From assembly GCA_964016885.1 (NCBI GenBank), contig OZ024743.1, positions 141,050,001-141,114,000 on the forward strand: a stretch of 64,000 nucleotides of DNA, given 5' to 3'. Below, piece after piece: positions 27,336 to 41,700 of the stretch (the first letter of the stretch is position 1; each line of letters begins with the position of its first letter). The notes beneath the pieces are model-generated. The model did not search any database. It was not told the origin of the DNA and was given only the letters and a program-made list of their open reading frames with translations. A program made the translations under genes and the position numbers. This DNA is from Eledone cirrhosa. Lineage: Eukaryota.

Positions 27336-28419
27336 AAACACCAAGCACCAAGCACCAAACACCAAACACCAGGCTCCAAGCACAAAACACCAAGCACCAA
27401 GCACCAAGCACCAAGCACCAAACACCAAACACCAAACACCAAGCACCAAGCACCAAACACCAAGCACCAAGCACCAAGCAACAAACACCAAGCACCAAGC
27501 ACCAAACACCAAGCAGCAAGCACGAAACACCAAGCACCAAGCACCGAGCACCAAACACCAAGTACCAAGCACCAATCACCAAACACCAAGCACCAAGCAC
27601 CAAACACCAAACACCAAACACCAAGCACCAAGCACCAAACACCAAATACCAAGCACCAAGCACTAAGCACCAAACACCAAGCACCAAGCACCAAGCATCA
27701 AGCACCAAGCACCAAACACCAAGCACCAAGCACCAAGCACCAAGCACCAAACACAAAACACCAAGTACCAAGCACCAAGCACCAAACACCAAACACCAAA
27801 CACCAAGCACCAAGCACCAATCACCAAGCACCAAGCACCAAACCCCAAGCACCAAACACCAAGCACCAATCACCAAACACCAAACACCAAGGACCAAGCA
27901 CCAAACACCAAGCACCAAGCACCAAGCACAAAACACCAAGCACCAAGCGCTAAACATAAAACACTAAGCACCAAGCACCAAGCACCAAGCACCAAACACC
28001 AAACATCAAACACCAATCACCAAACATCAAACAGCAAACACCAAACACCAAACACCAAACATCAAACACCAAATAGCAAACACCAAACACCAAACAGGAA
28101 ACACCAAACACCAAACAGCGAACAGCAAACAGCAAACACCAAACACCAAGCACCAAGCACAAAACACCAAGCACCAAGCGCCAAACACCAAACACCAAGC
28201 ACCAAGCACCAAACACCAAGCACCAAACACCAAGCACCAATCACCAAACACCAAACACCAAGAACCAAACACCAAACACAAAACACCAAGCACCAAGCAC
28301 CAAACACCAAGCACCAAGCACAAAGCACCAAACACCAAACACCAAACACCAAGCACCTAGCACCAAACACCAAGCACCAAGCACCAAGCAACAAACACCA
28401 AGCACCAAGCACCAAACAC

Positions 28420-31400
28420 CAAACACCAAGCACAAAGCACCAAAGAGCAAAAACAAAGCACCAAGCACCAAACACCAAACACCAAACACCAAACACCAAA
28501 CAGCAAACACCAAACAGCAAACACCAAACAGCAAACAGCAAACACCAAACACCAAACACCAAGCACCAAGTACCAAGCACCAAACAACAACACCAAGCAC
28601 CAAGCACCAAACACCAAGCACCAAGCACCAAACACCAAACACCAAGCTCCAAGCACCAAACACCAAACACCAAGCACCAAGCAGCAAACACCAATCACCA
28701 AGCACCAAGCACCAAACACCAAGCACCAAACACCAAGCACCAATCACCAAACACCAAACACCAGGAACCAAGCACCAAACACAAAACACCAAGCACCAAG
28801 CACCAAACACCAAGCACCAAGCACCAAGCACCAAACACCAAACACCAAACACCAAGCACCTAGCACCAAACACCAAGCACCAAGCACCAAGCAACAAACA
28901 CCAAGCACCAAGCACCAAACACCAAGCACCAAGCACAAAACACCAAGCACCAAGCACCGAGCACCAAACACCAAGTACCAAGCACCAATCACCAAACACC
29001 AAGCACCAAGCACCAAACACCAAATACCAAGCACCAAGCACTAAACACCAAACACCAAGCAGCAAGCACCAAGCATCAAGCACCAAGCACCAAACACCAA
29101 GCACCAAGCACCAAGCACCAAGCACCAAACACAAAACACCAAGTACCAAGCACCAAGCACCAAACACCAAACACCAAACACCAAGCACCAAGCACCAAAC
29201 ACCAAATACCAAGCTCCAAGCACCAAACACCAAATACCAAGCACCAAGCAACAAACACCAATCACCAAGCACCAAGCACCAAACCCCAAGCACCAAACAC
29301 CAAGCACCAATCACCAAACACCAAACACCAAGAACCAAGCACCAAACACCAAGCACCAAGCACCAAGCACAAAACACCAGGCACCAAGCGCTAAACATAA
29401 AACACTAAGCAACAAGCACCAAGCACCAAGCACCAAACACCAAACATCAAACACCAATCACCAAACATCAAACAGCAAACACCAAACACCAAACACCAAA
29501 CATCAAACAGCAAACAGCAAACAACAAACAACAAATGCCAAACATCAAACGCCAAACACCAAACACCAAATAGCAAACACCAAACCGCAAACACCAAACA
29601 CCAAACAGGAAACACCAAACACCAAACAGCGAACACCAAACAGCAAACACCAAACACCAAGCACCAAGCACCAAGCACAAAACACCAAGCACCAAGCGCC
29701 AAACACCAAACACCAAGCACCAAGCACCAAACACCAAGCACCAAACACCAAACACCAATCACCAAGCGCCAAACACCAAATACCAAGCACCAAGCACTAA
29801 ACACCAAACACCAAGCAACAGGCACCAAGCATCAAGCACCAAGCACCAAACACCAAGCACCAAGCACCAAGCACCAAGCACCAAACACAAAACACCAAGT
29901 ACCAAGCACCAAGCACCAAACACCAAACACCAAACACCAAGCACCAAGCACCAAACACCAAACACCAAGCACCAAGCACCAGACACCAAGCACCAAGCAC
30001 CAAGCACCAAGCACCAATCACCAAACACCAAGCACGAAGCACCAAACACCAAACACCAAGCACCAAGCACCAAACACCAAACACCAAGCACCAAGCACCA
30101 AACACCAAATACCAAGCACCAAGCACCAAGCACCAAGCACCAAACACCAAGCACCAAGCACCAAGCACCAAACACCAAGCACCAAACACCAAGCATCAGA
30201 CACGAAGCACCAAGCACCAAGCACCAAACACCAAGCACCAAGCACCACACATCAAACACCAAGCACCAAGCACCAAACACCAAACACCAAACACCAAACA
30301 GCAAACACCAAACAGCAAACACCAAACAGCAAACAGCAAACACCAAACACCAAACACCAAGCACCAAGCACCAAGCACCAAACAACAACACCAAGCACCA
30401 AGCACCAAACACCAAGCACCAAGCACCAAGCACCAAATACCAAACACCAAGCTCCAAGCACCAAACACCAAGCACCAAGCACCAAACACCAATCACCAAG
30501 CACCAAGCACGAAACCCCAAGCACCAAACACCAAGCACCAATCACCAAACACCAAACACCAAGAACCAAGCACCAAACACAAAACACCAAGCACCAAGCA
30601 CCAAACACCAAGCACCAAGCACCAAGCACCAAACACCAAGCACCAAGTACCAAGCACCAAACACCAAACACCAAGCACCAAGCACCAAACACTAAACACC
30701 AGGCTCCAAGCACAAAACACCAAGCACCAAGCACCAAGCACCAAACACCAAACACCAAACACCAAGCCCAAAGCACCAAAGAGCAGAAACAAAACACCAA
30801 GCACCAAACACCAAACACCAAGCACCAAACACCAAACAGCCAACACCAAACAGCAAACACCAAACACCAAATAGCAAAAACCAAAGAGCAAACTCCAAAC
30901 ACCAAACAGCAAACACAAAACACCAAACAGCAAACACCAAACAGCAAACTCCAAACACCAAACACCAAGCACCAAGCACCAAATACCAAGCACCAAACAC
31001 CAAGCACCAATCACCAAACACCAAACACCAAGCACCAAGCACCAAACACCAAAAACCAAGCACCAAGCACCAAGCACCAAACACCATACGCCAAACACCA
31101 AACACCAAGCACCAAGCACCAAACACCAAGCACCAAGCGCCAAAGAACAAACACCAAGCACCAAGCACGAAACACCAAGCACCAAGCACCGAGCACCAAA
31201 CACCATGTACCAAGCACCAATCACCAAACACCAAGCAGCAAGCACCAAACACCAAACACCAAACACCAAGCACCAAGCACCAAACACCAAACACCAAGAA
31301 CCAACCACCAAACACCAAATACCAAGCACCAAGCACTAAACACCAAACACCAAGCATCATGCACCAAGCATCAAGCACCAAGCACCAAACACCAAGCACC

Positions 31401-34400
31401 AAGTACCAAGCACCAAGCACCAAACACAAAACACAAAGTACCAAGCACCAAGCACCAAACACCAAACACCAAACACCAAGCACCAAGCATCAAACACCAA
31501 ACACCAAGCACCAAGCACCAGACACCAAGCACCAAGCACCAAGCACCAAGGACCAAACACCAAACACCAAACACCAAACACCAGGCACAAAGCACCAAAC
31601 ACCAAGCACCAAGCACCAAAAACCAAAGACCAAGCACAAAGCACCAAAGAGCAAACACCAAACAGCAAACACCAAACACCAAACACCAAACAGCAAACAC
31701 CAAACAGCAAACACCAAACACCAAATAGCAAACACCAAAGGGCAAACTCCAAACACCAAACAGCAAACACAAAACACCAAACAGCAAACAACAAACAGCA
31801 AACACCAAAGAGCAAACAGCAAACACCAAACACCAAACACCAAGCACCAAGCACCAAGCACCAAACACCAACACCGAGCACCAAGCACCAAACACCAAGC
31901 ACCAAGCACCAAACACCAAACACCAAGCTCCAAGCACCAAACACCAAACACCAAGCACCAAGCACCAAACACCAATCACCAAGCACCAAGCACCAAACCC
32001 CAAGCACCAAACACCAAGCACAAAACACCAAGCACCAAGCACCAAACACCAAACATCAAACACCAATCACCAAACATCAAACAGCAAACACCAAACACCA
32101 AACACCAAACATCAAACACCAAACAGCAAACAACAAACAACAAACGCCAAACATCAAACGCCAAACACCAAACACCAAATAGCAAACACCAAACCGCAAA
32201 CATCAAACACCAAACACCAAACACCAAACACCAAGCACCTAGCACCAAATACCAAGCACCAAGCACCAAGCAACAAACACCAAGCACCAAGCACCAAACA
32301 CCAAGCACCAAGCACGAAACACCAAGCACCAAGCACCGAGCACCAAACACCAAGTACCAAGCACCAATCACCAAACACCAAGCACCAAACACCAAACACC
32401 AAACACCAAACACCTAGCACCAAGCACCAAACACCAAACACCAAGAACCAAGCACCAAACACCAAATACCAAGCACCAAGCACTAAACACCAAACACCAA
32501 GCACCAAGCACTAAGCATCAAGCACCAAGCACCAAACACCAAGCACCAAGCACCAAGCACCAAGCACCAAACACAAAACACCAAGTACCAAGCACCAAGC
32601 ACCAAACACCAAACACCAAACACCAAGCACCAAGCACCAAACACCAAATACCAAGCTCCAAGCACCAAACACCAAATACCAAGCACCAAGCAACAAACAC
32701 CAATCACCAAGCACCAAGCACCAAAACCCAAGCACCAAACACCAAGCACCAATCACCAAACACCAAACACCAAGAACCAAGCACCAAACACCAAGAACCA
32801 AGCACCAAGCACAAAACACCAAACACCAAATAGCAAACACCAAACCGCAAACACCAAACACCAAACAGGAAACACCAAACACCAAACAGCGAACACCAAA
32901 CAGCAAACACCAAGCACCAAGCACCAAGCACCAAGCACAAAACACCAAGCACCAAGCGCCAAACACCAAACACCAAGCACCAAGCACCAAACACCAAGCA
33001 CCAAACACCAAACACCAATCACCAAGCGCCAAACACCAAATACCAAGCACCAAGCACTAAACACCAAACACCAAGCACCAAGCACCAAGCATCAAGCACC
33101 AAGCACCAAACACCAAGCACCAAGCACCAAGCACCAAGCACCAAACACAAAACACCAAGTACCAAGCACCAAGCACCAAACACCAAACACCAAACACCAA
33201 GCACCAAGCACCAAACACCAAACACCAAGCACCAAGCACCAGACACCAAGCACCAAGCACCAAGCACCAATCACCAAACACCAAGCACGAAGCACCAAAC
33301 ACCAAACACCAAGCACCAAGCACCAAACACCAAACACCAAGCACCAAGCACCAAGCACCAAACACCAAGTACCAAGCACCAAGCACCAAACACCAAACAC
33401 CAAACACCAAGCACCAAGCACCAAACACCAAACACCAAGCACCAAGCACCAAGCACCAATCACCAAACACCAAGCACGAAGCACCAAACACCAAACACCA
33501 AGCACCAAGCACCAAACACCAAACACCAAGCACCAAGCACCAAGCACCAAGCACCAAGCACCAAGCACCAAGCACCAAACACCAAGCACCAAGCACCAAG
33601 CACCAAGAACCAAGCACCAAATACCAAGCACCAGACACGAAGCATCAATCACCAAATACCAAACACCAAGCACCAAGCACCAAACACCAAACACCAAACA
33701 CCAGGCACCAAGCACCAATCACCAAGCACCAAGCAAAAACACAAAGCACCAAGCACCAAGCACCAAACACCAAACACCAAACACCAGGCACCAAGCACCA
33801 AGCAGCAAGCACCAAGCACCAAGCACCAAGCACCAAACACCAAACACCAAGCACTAAGCACCAAACACCAAACACCAAGCACAAAGCACCAAAGAGCAAA
33901 AACAAAGCACCAAGCACCAAACACCAAACACCAAACACCAAACACCAAACAGCAAACACCAAACAGCAAACACCAAACAGCAAACAGCAAACACCAAACA
34001 CCAAACACCAAGCACCAAGTACCAAGCACCAAACAACAACACCAAGCACCAAGCACCAAACACCAAGCACCAAGCACCAAACACCAAACACCAAGCTCCA
34101 AGCACCAAACACCAAACACCAAGCACCAAGCAGCAAACACCAATCACCAAGCACCAAGCACCAAACACCAAGCACCAAACACCAAGCACCAATCACCAAA
34201 CACCAAACACCAAGAACCAAGCACCAAACACAAAACACCAAGCACCAAGCACCAAACACCAAGCACCAAGCACCAAGCACCAAACACCAAACACCAAACA
34301 CCAAGCACCTAGCACCAAACACCAAGCACCAAGCACCAAGCAACAAACACCCAGCACCAAGCACCAAACACCAAGCACCAAGCACAAAACACCAAGCACC

Positions 34401-37320
34401 AAGCACCGAGCACCAAACACCAAGTACCAAGCACCAATCACCAAACACCAAGCACCAAGCACTAAACACCAAACACCAAGCAGCAAGCACCAAGCATCAA
34501 GCACCAAGCACCAAACACCAAGCACCAAGCACCAAACACAAAACACCAAGTACCAAGCACCAAGCACCAAACACCAAACACCAAACACCAAGCACCAAGC
34601 ACCAAACACCAAATACCAAGCTCCAAGCACCAAACACCAAATACCAAGCACCAAGCAACAAACATCAATCACCAAGCACCAAGCACCAAACCCCAAGCAC
34701 CAAACACCAAGCACCAATCACCAAACACCAAACACCAAGAACCAAGCACCAAACACCAAGCACCAAGCACCAAGCACAAAACACCAAGCACCAAGCGCTA
34801 AACATAAAACACTAAGCACCAAGCACCAAGCACCAAGCACCAAACACCAAACATCAAACACCAATCACCAAACAGAAACAGCATACACCAAACACCAAAC
34901 ACCAGACATCAAACACCAAACAGCAAACAACAAACAACAAATGCCAAACATCAAACGCCAAACTCCAAACACCAAATGGCAAACACCAAACCGCAAACAC
35001 CAAACACCAAACAGGAAACACCAAACACCAAACAGCGAACACCAAACAGCAAACACCAAACACCAAGCACCAAGCACCAAGCACAAAACACCAAGCACCA
35101 AGCGCCAAACACCAAACACCAAGCACCAAGCACCAAACACCAAGCACCAAACACCAAACACCAATCACCAAGCGCCAAACACCAAATACCAAGCACCAAG
35201 CACTAAACACCAAACACCAAGCACCAAGCACCAAGCATCAAGCACCAAGCACCAAACACCAAGCACCAAGCACCAAGCACCAAGCACCAAACACCAAACA
35301 CCAAGCACCAAGCACCAAACACCAAACACCAAGCACCAAGCACCAAACACCAAATACCAAGCACCAAGCACCAAGCACCAAGCACCAAACACCAAGCACC
35401 AAGCACCAAGCACCAAACACCAAGCACCAAACACCAAGTATCAGACACGAAGCACCAAGCACCAACCACCAAACACCAAGCACCAAGCACCACACATCAA
35501 ACACCAAGCACCAAGCACCAAACACCAAACACCAAACACCAAACACCAAACACCAAACAGCAAACACCAAACAGCAAACAGCAAACACCAAACACCAAAC
35601 ACCAAGCACCAAGCACCAAGCACCAAACAACAACACCAAGCACCAAGCACCAAACACCAAGCACCAAGCACCAAATACCAAACACCAAGCTCCAAGCACC
35701 AAACACCAAGCACCAAGCACCAAACACCAATCACCAAGCACCAAGCACGAAACCCCAAGCACCAAACACCAAGCACCAATCACCAAACACCAAACACCAA
35801 GAACCAAGCACCAAACACAAAACACCAAGCACCAAGCACCAAACACCAAGCACCAAGCACCAAGCACCAAACACCAAGCACCAAGTACCAAACACCAAAC
35901 ACCAGGCACCAAGCACGAAACACCAAACACCAAGCACCAAGCACCAAACACTAAACACCAGGCTCCAAGCACAAAACACCAAGCACCAAGCACCAAGCAC
36001 CAAACACCAAACACCAAACACCAAGCACCGAGCGCCAAACACCAAGCACCAAGCACCAAGCACCAAACACCAAACACCAAGCACCAAGCACCAAACACCA
36101 AACACCAAGCCCAAAGCACCAAAGAGCAAAAACAAAACACCAAGCACCAAACACCAAACACCAAGCACCAAACACCAAACAGCCAACACCAAACAGCAAA
36201 CACCAAACACCAAATAGCAAAAACCAAAGAGCAAACTCCAAACACCAAACAGCAAACACAAAACACCAAACAGCAAACACCAAACAGCAAACTCCAAACA
36301 CCAAACACCAAGCACCAAGCACCAAATACCAAGCACCAAACACCAAGCACCAATCACCAAACACCAAACACCAAGCACCAAGCACCAAACACCAAAAACC
36401 AAGCACCAAGCACCAAGCACCAAACACCATACGCCAAACACCAAACACCAAGCAGCAAGCACCAAACACCAAGCACCAAGCGCCAAAGACCAAACACCAA
36501 GCACCAAGCACGAAACACCATGCACCAAGCACCGAGCACCAAACACCATGTACCAAGCACCAATCACCAAACACCAAGCACCAAGCACCAAACACCAAAC
36601 ACCAAACACCAGGCACCAAGCACCAAACACCAAACACCAAGAACCAAGCACCAAACACCAAATAACAAGCACCAAGCACTAAACACCAAACACCAAGCAT
36701 CATGCACCAAGCATCAAGCACCAAGCACCAAACACCAAGCACCAAGCACCAAGCACCAAGCACCAAACACAAAACACCAAGTACCAAGCACCAAGCACCA
36801 AACACCAAACACCAAACACCAAGCACCAAGCACCAAACACCAAACACCAAGCACCAAGCACCAGACACCAAGCACCAAGCACCAAGGACCAAACACCAAA
36901 CACCAAACACCAAACACCAGGCACAAAGCACCAAACACCAAGCACCAAGCACCAAAAACCAAAGACCAAGCACAAAGCACCAAAGAGCAAACACCAAACA
37001 GCAAACACCAAACAGCAAACACCAAACACCAAATAGCAAACACCAAAGGGCAAACTCCAAACACCAAACAGCAAACACAAAACACCAAACAGCAAACAAC
37101 AAACAGCAAACACCAAAGAGCAAACAGCAAACAGCAAACACCAAACACCAAGCACCAAGCACCAAGAACCAAACACCAACACCAAGCACCAAGCACCAAA
37201 CACCAAGCACCAAGCACCAAACACCAAACACCAAGCTCCAAGCACCAAACACCAAACACCAAGCACCAAGCACCAAACACCAATCACCAAGCACCAAGCA
37301 CCAAACCCCAAGCACCAAAC
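28420..37320 (+). repeat. Diverged duplication, offset ~5.3-5.45 kb: ~28420-32010 recurs at ~33870-37320
   Basis: ORF offsets 29545/34951 (5406), 31011/36354 (5343) and 31359/36702 (5343). GGGCAAACTCC at 31740 and 37048 (5308). Confidence 0.88.
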
Positions 37321-38390
37321 ACCAAACATCAAACACCAAACAGCAAACAACAAACAACAAATGCCAAACATCAAACGCCAAACACCAAACACCAAATGGC
37401 AAACACCAAACCGCAAACACCAAACACCAAACAGGAAACACCAAACACCAAACAGCGAACACCAAACAGCAAACACCAAACACCAAGCACCAAGCACCAA
37501 GCACAAAACACCAAGCACCAAGCGCCAAACACCAAACACCAAGCACCAAGCACCAAACACCAAGCACCAAACACCAAACACCAATAACCAAGCGCCAAAC
37601 ACCAAATACCAAGCACCAAGCACTAAACACCAAACACCAAGCACCAAGCACCAAGCATCAAGCACCAAGCACCAAACACCAAGCACCAAGCACCAAGCAC
37701 CAAGCACCAAACACCAAACACCAAACACCAAGCACCAAGCACCAAACACCAAACACCAAGCACCAAGCACCAAACACCAAATACCAAGCACCAATCACCA
37801 AGCACCAAGCACCAAACACCAAGCACCAAGCACCAAGCACCAAACACCAAGCACCAAACACCAAGCATCAGACACGAAGCACCAAGCACCAACCACCAAA
37901 CACCAAGCACCAAGCACCACACATCAAACACCAAGCACCAAGCACCAAACACCAAACACCAAACACCAAACAGCAAACACCAAACAGCAAACACCAAACA
38001 GCAAACAGCAAACACCAAACACCAAACACCAAGCACCAAGCACCAAGCACCAAACAACAACACCAAGCACCAAGCACCAAACACCAAGCACCAAGCACCA
38101 AATACCAAACACCAAGCTCCAAGCACCAAACACCAAGCACCAAGCACCAAACACCAATCACCAAGCACCAAGCACGAAACCCCAAGCACCAAACACCAAG
38201 CACCAATCACCAAACACCAAACACCAAGAACCAAGCACCAAACACAAAACACCAAGCACCAAGTACCAAACACCAAACACCAGGCACCAAGCACGAAACA
38301 CCAAACACCAAGCACCAAGCACCAAACACTAAACACCAGGCTCCAAGCACAAAACACCAAGCACCAAGCACCAAGCACCAAGCACCAAAC
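34900..38390 (+). repeat. Duplication with offset ~2420 bp: ~34900-36000 recurs at ~37320-38390
   Basis: ORF pairs 34941/37361 and 34951/37371 (2420), and 35441/37868 (2427). Rare unit TGGCAAA is shared at ~34977 and ~37397. Confidence 0.88.
34921..35039 (+). repeat. Variant cassette B (example copy), 17 monomers
   Basis: CAGCAAA CAACAAA CAACAAA TGCCAAA CATCAAA CGCCAAA ... CCGCAAA ... CAGGAAA ... CAGCGAA. Related copies lie near 21545, 22910, 29510, 32125, 37341, 40303, 44823 and 59910. Confidence 0.85.
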
Positions 38391-38799
38391 ACCAATCACC
38401 AAGCCCCAAGCACCAAACACCAAGCACCAAGCACCAAACACCAAACACCAAGCACCAAGCACCCAGAACCAAGCACCAAGCACCAAACACCAAACTACCA
38501 AGCACCAAGCACCAAACACCAAACACCAAGCACCAAGCACCAAGCACCAAGCACCAAACACCATACACCAAGCACCAAGCACCAAACACCAAAAACCAAT
38601 CACCAAGCACCAAAGAGCAAACACCAAGCCCCAAGCACCAAACACCAAACACCAAACACCAAATAGCAAACACTAAACACCAAACACCAAACAGCAAACA
38701 CAAAACACCAAATAGCAAACACCAAACACCAAACACCAAACACCAAACAGCAAACACCAAACACCAAACACCAAACACCAAACAGCAAACACCAAACAG

Positions 38800-41700
38800 C
38801 AAACACCAAACAGCAAACAGCAAACACCAAACACCAAACACCAAGCACCAAGCACCAAACAACAACACCAAGCACCAAGCACCAAACACCAAGCACCAAG
38901 CACCAAACACCTAACACCAAGCTCCAAGCACCAAACACCATACACCAAGCACCAAGCTCCAAACACCAATCACCAAGCACCAAGCACCAAACCCCAAGCA
39001 CCAAACACCAAGCACAAATCACCAAACACCAAACACCCAGCACCAAGCACCAAACACCAAGCACCAAGCATCAAGCACCAAACACCAAGCACCAAGTACC
39101 AAACACCAAACACCAAGCACCAAGTACCAAACACCAAACACCAAGCACCAAGCACCAAACACCAAACACCAAGCACCAAGCACCAAACACCAAACACCAG
39201 GCTCCAAGCACAAAACACCAAGCACCAAGCACCAAGCAACAAACACCAAACACCAAGCACCAAACACCAAGCACCAAGCCCCAAGCACCAAACACCAAGC
39301 ACCAAACACCAAACACCAAGCACCAAGCACCAAGCACCATGCACCAAACACCAAGCACCAAGCACCAAACAGCGAACACCAAACAGCAAACACCAAACAG
39401 CAAACACCAAACAGCAAACACCAAACACCAAGCACCAAGCACCAAACACCATACGCCAAACACCAAACACCAAGCACCAAGCACCAAACACCAAGCACCA
39501 AGCACCAAAGACCAAACACCAAGCACCAAGCACGAAACACCAAGCACCAAGCACCGAGCACCAAACACCAAACACCAAACACCAAGCACCAAGCACCAAA
39601 CACCAAACACCAAGAACCAAGCACCAAACACCAAATACGAAGCACCAAGCACTAAACACCAAACACCAAGCACCAAACACCAAGCACCAAGCACCAAGCA
39701 CCAAGCACCAAACACAAAACACCAAGTACCAAGCACCAAGCACCAAACACCAAACACCAAACACCAAGCACCAAGCACCAAACACCAAACACCAAGCACC
39801 AAGCACCAGAGACCAAGCACCAAGCACCAAGGACCAAACACCAAACACCAAACACCAGGCAAAAAGCACCAAACACCAAGCACCAAGCACCAAACACCAA
39901 AGACCAAGCACAAAGCACCAAATAGCAAAAACAATGCACCAAGCACCAAACACCAAACACCAAACACCAAACAGCAAACACCAAACACCAAATAGCAAAC
40001 ACCAAAGGGCAAACTCCAAACACCAAACAGCAAACACAAAACACCAAACAGCAAACAACAAACAGCAAACAGCAAACAGCATACAGCAAACAGCAAACAC
40101 CAAACACCAAGCACCAAGCACCAAGCACCAAACACCAACACCAAGCACCAAGCACCAAACACCAAGAAGCAAGCACCAAACACCAAACACCAAGCTCCAA
40201 GCACCAAAAAAAAAAAAACACCAAGCACCAAACCCCAAGCACCAAACACCAAGCACAAAACACCAAGCACCAAGCACCAAACACCAAACATCAAACACCA
40301 AACAGCAAACAACAAACAACAAACGCCAAACATCAAACGCCAAACACCAAACGCCAAATAGCAAACACCAAACCGCAAACACCAAACACCAAACAGCAAA
40401 CACCAAACACAAAACAGCGAACTCCAAACAGCAAACACCAAACAGCAAACAGCAAACAGCAAACACCAAACACCAAACACCAAGCACCAAACTCCAAACA
40501 CCAAGCACCAAGCACCAAGCACAAAACACCAACCACCAAGCGCTAAACATAAAACACTAAGCACCAAGCACCAAGCACCAAGCACCAAACACCAAACATC
40601 AAACACCAATCACCAAACATCAAACAGCAAACACCAAACACCAAACGCCAAACACAAACACCAAATAGCAAACACCAAACCGCAAACACCAAACACCAAA
40701 CAGCAAACACCAAACACCAAACAGCGAACACCAAACAGCAAACACCAAACAGCAAACACCAAACACCAAGCACCAAACACCAAACACCAAGCACGAAGCA
40801 CCAAGCACAAAACACCAAGCACCAAGCACCAAACACCAAGCACCAAACACCAAACACCAAGCACCAAGCGCCAAACACCAAGCACCAAGCACCAAGCACG
40901 AAACACCAAGCACCAATCACCAAACACCAAACACCAAGCACCAAACACCAAACAGCAAACACCAATCACCAAACACCAAACACCAAACAGCAAACACCAA
41001 TCACCAAACACCAAACACCAAACACCAAACAGTAAACACCAAACACCAAACAGCAAACACCAAACACCAAACACCAAACAGCAAACACCAAACACCAAAC
41101 ACCAAACAGCAAACACCAAACAAACAGCAAACAGCAAACACCAAGCAGCAAACACCAAACACCAAACAACAAACGCCAAACAGCAAACGCCAACCACCAG
41201 ATGCCAAACAGCAAACGCCAAACAGCAAACGCCAAACAGCAAACACCAAACACCAAACAGCAAACACCAAACACCAAACACCAAATAGCAAACACCAAAC
41301 AGCAAACACCAAACAGCAAACACCAAACAGCAAACACCAGACAGCAAACAGCAAACACCAAACACCAAACACCAAGCACCAAGCACCAAACACCAAGCAC
41401 CAAGCAACAAGCACCAATCACCAAGCACCAAGCACTAAACACCAAACACCAAGCACCAAGCACCAAGCACCAAACAGCAAGCACCAAGCACCATGCACCA
41501 AACGCCAAGCACCAAGCACCAAACACAAAGCACCAAGCACCAAGCACCAAACACCAAGCACCAAAGACCAAGCACCAAATACCAAGCACCAAGCACCAAA
41601 CACCAATCACCAAGCCCCAAGCACCAAACACCAAGCACCCAGCACCAAACACCAAACACCAAGCACCAAGCACCCAGAACAAAGCACCAAGCACCAAACA

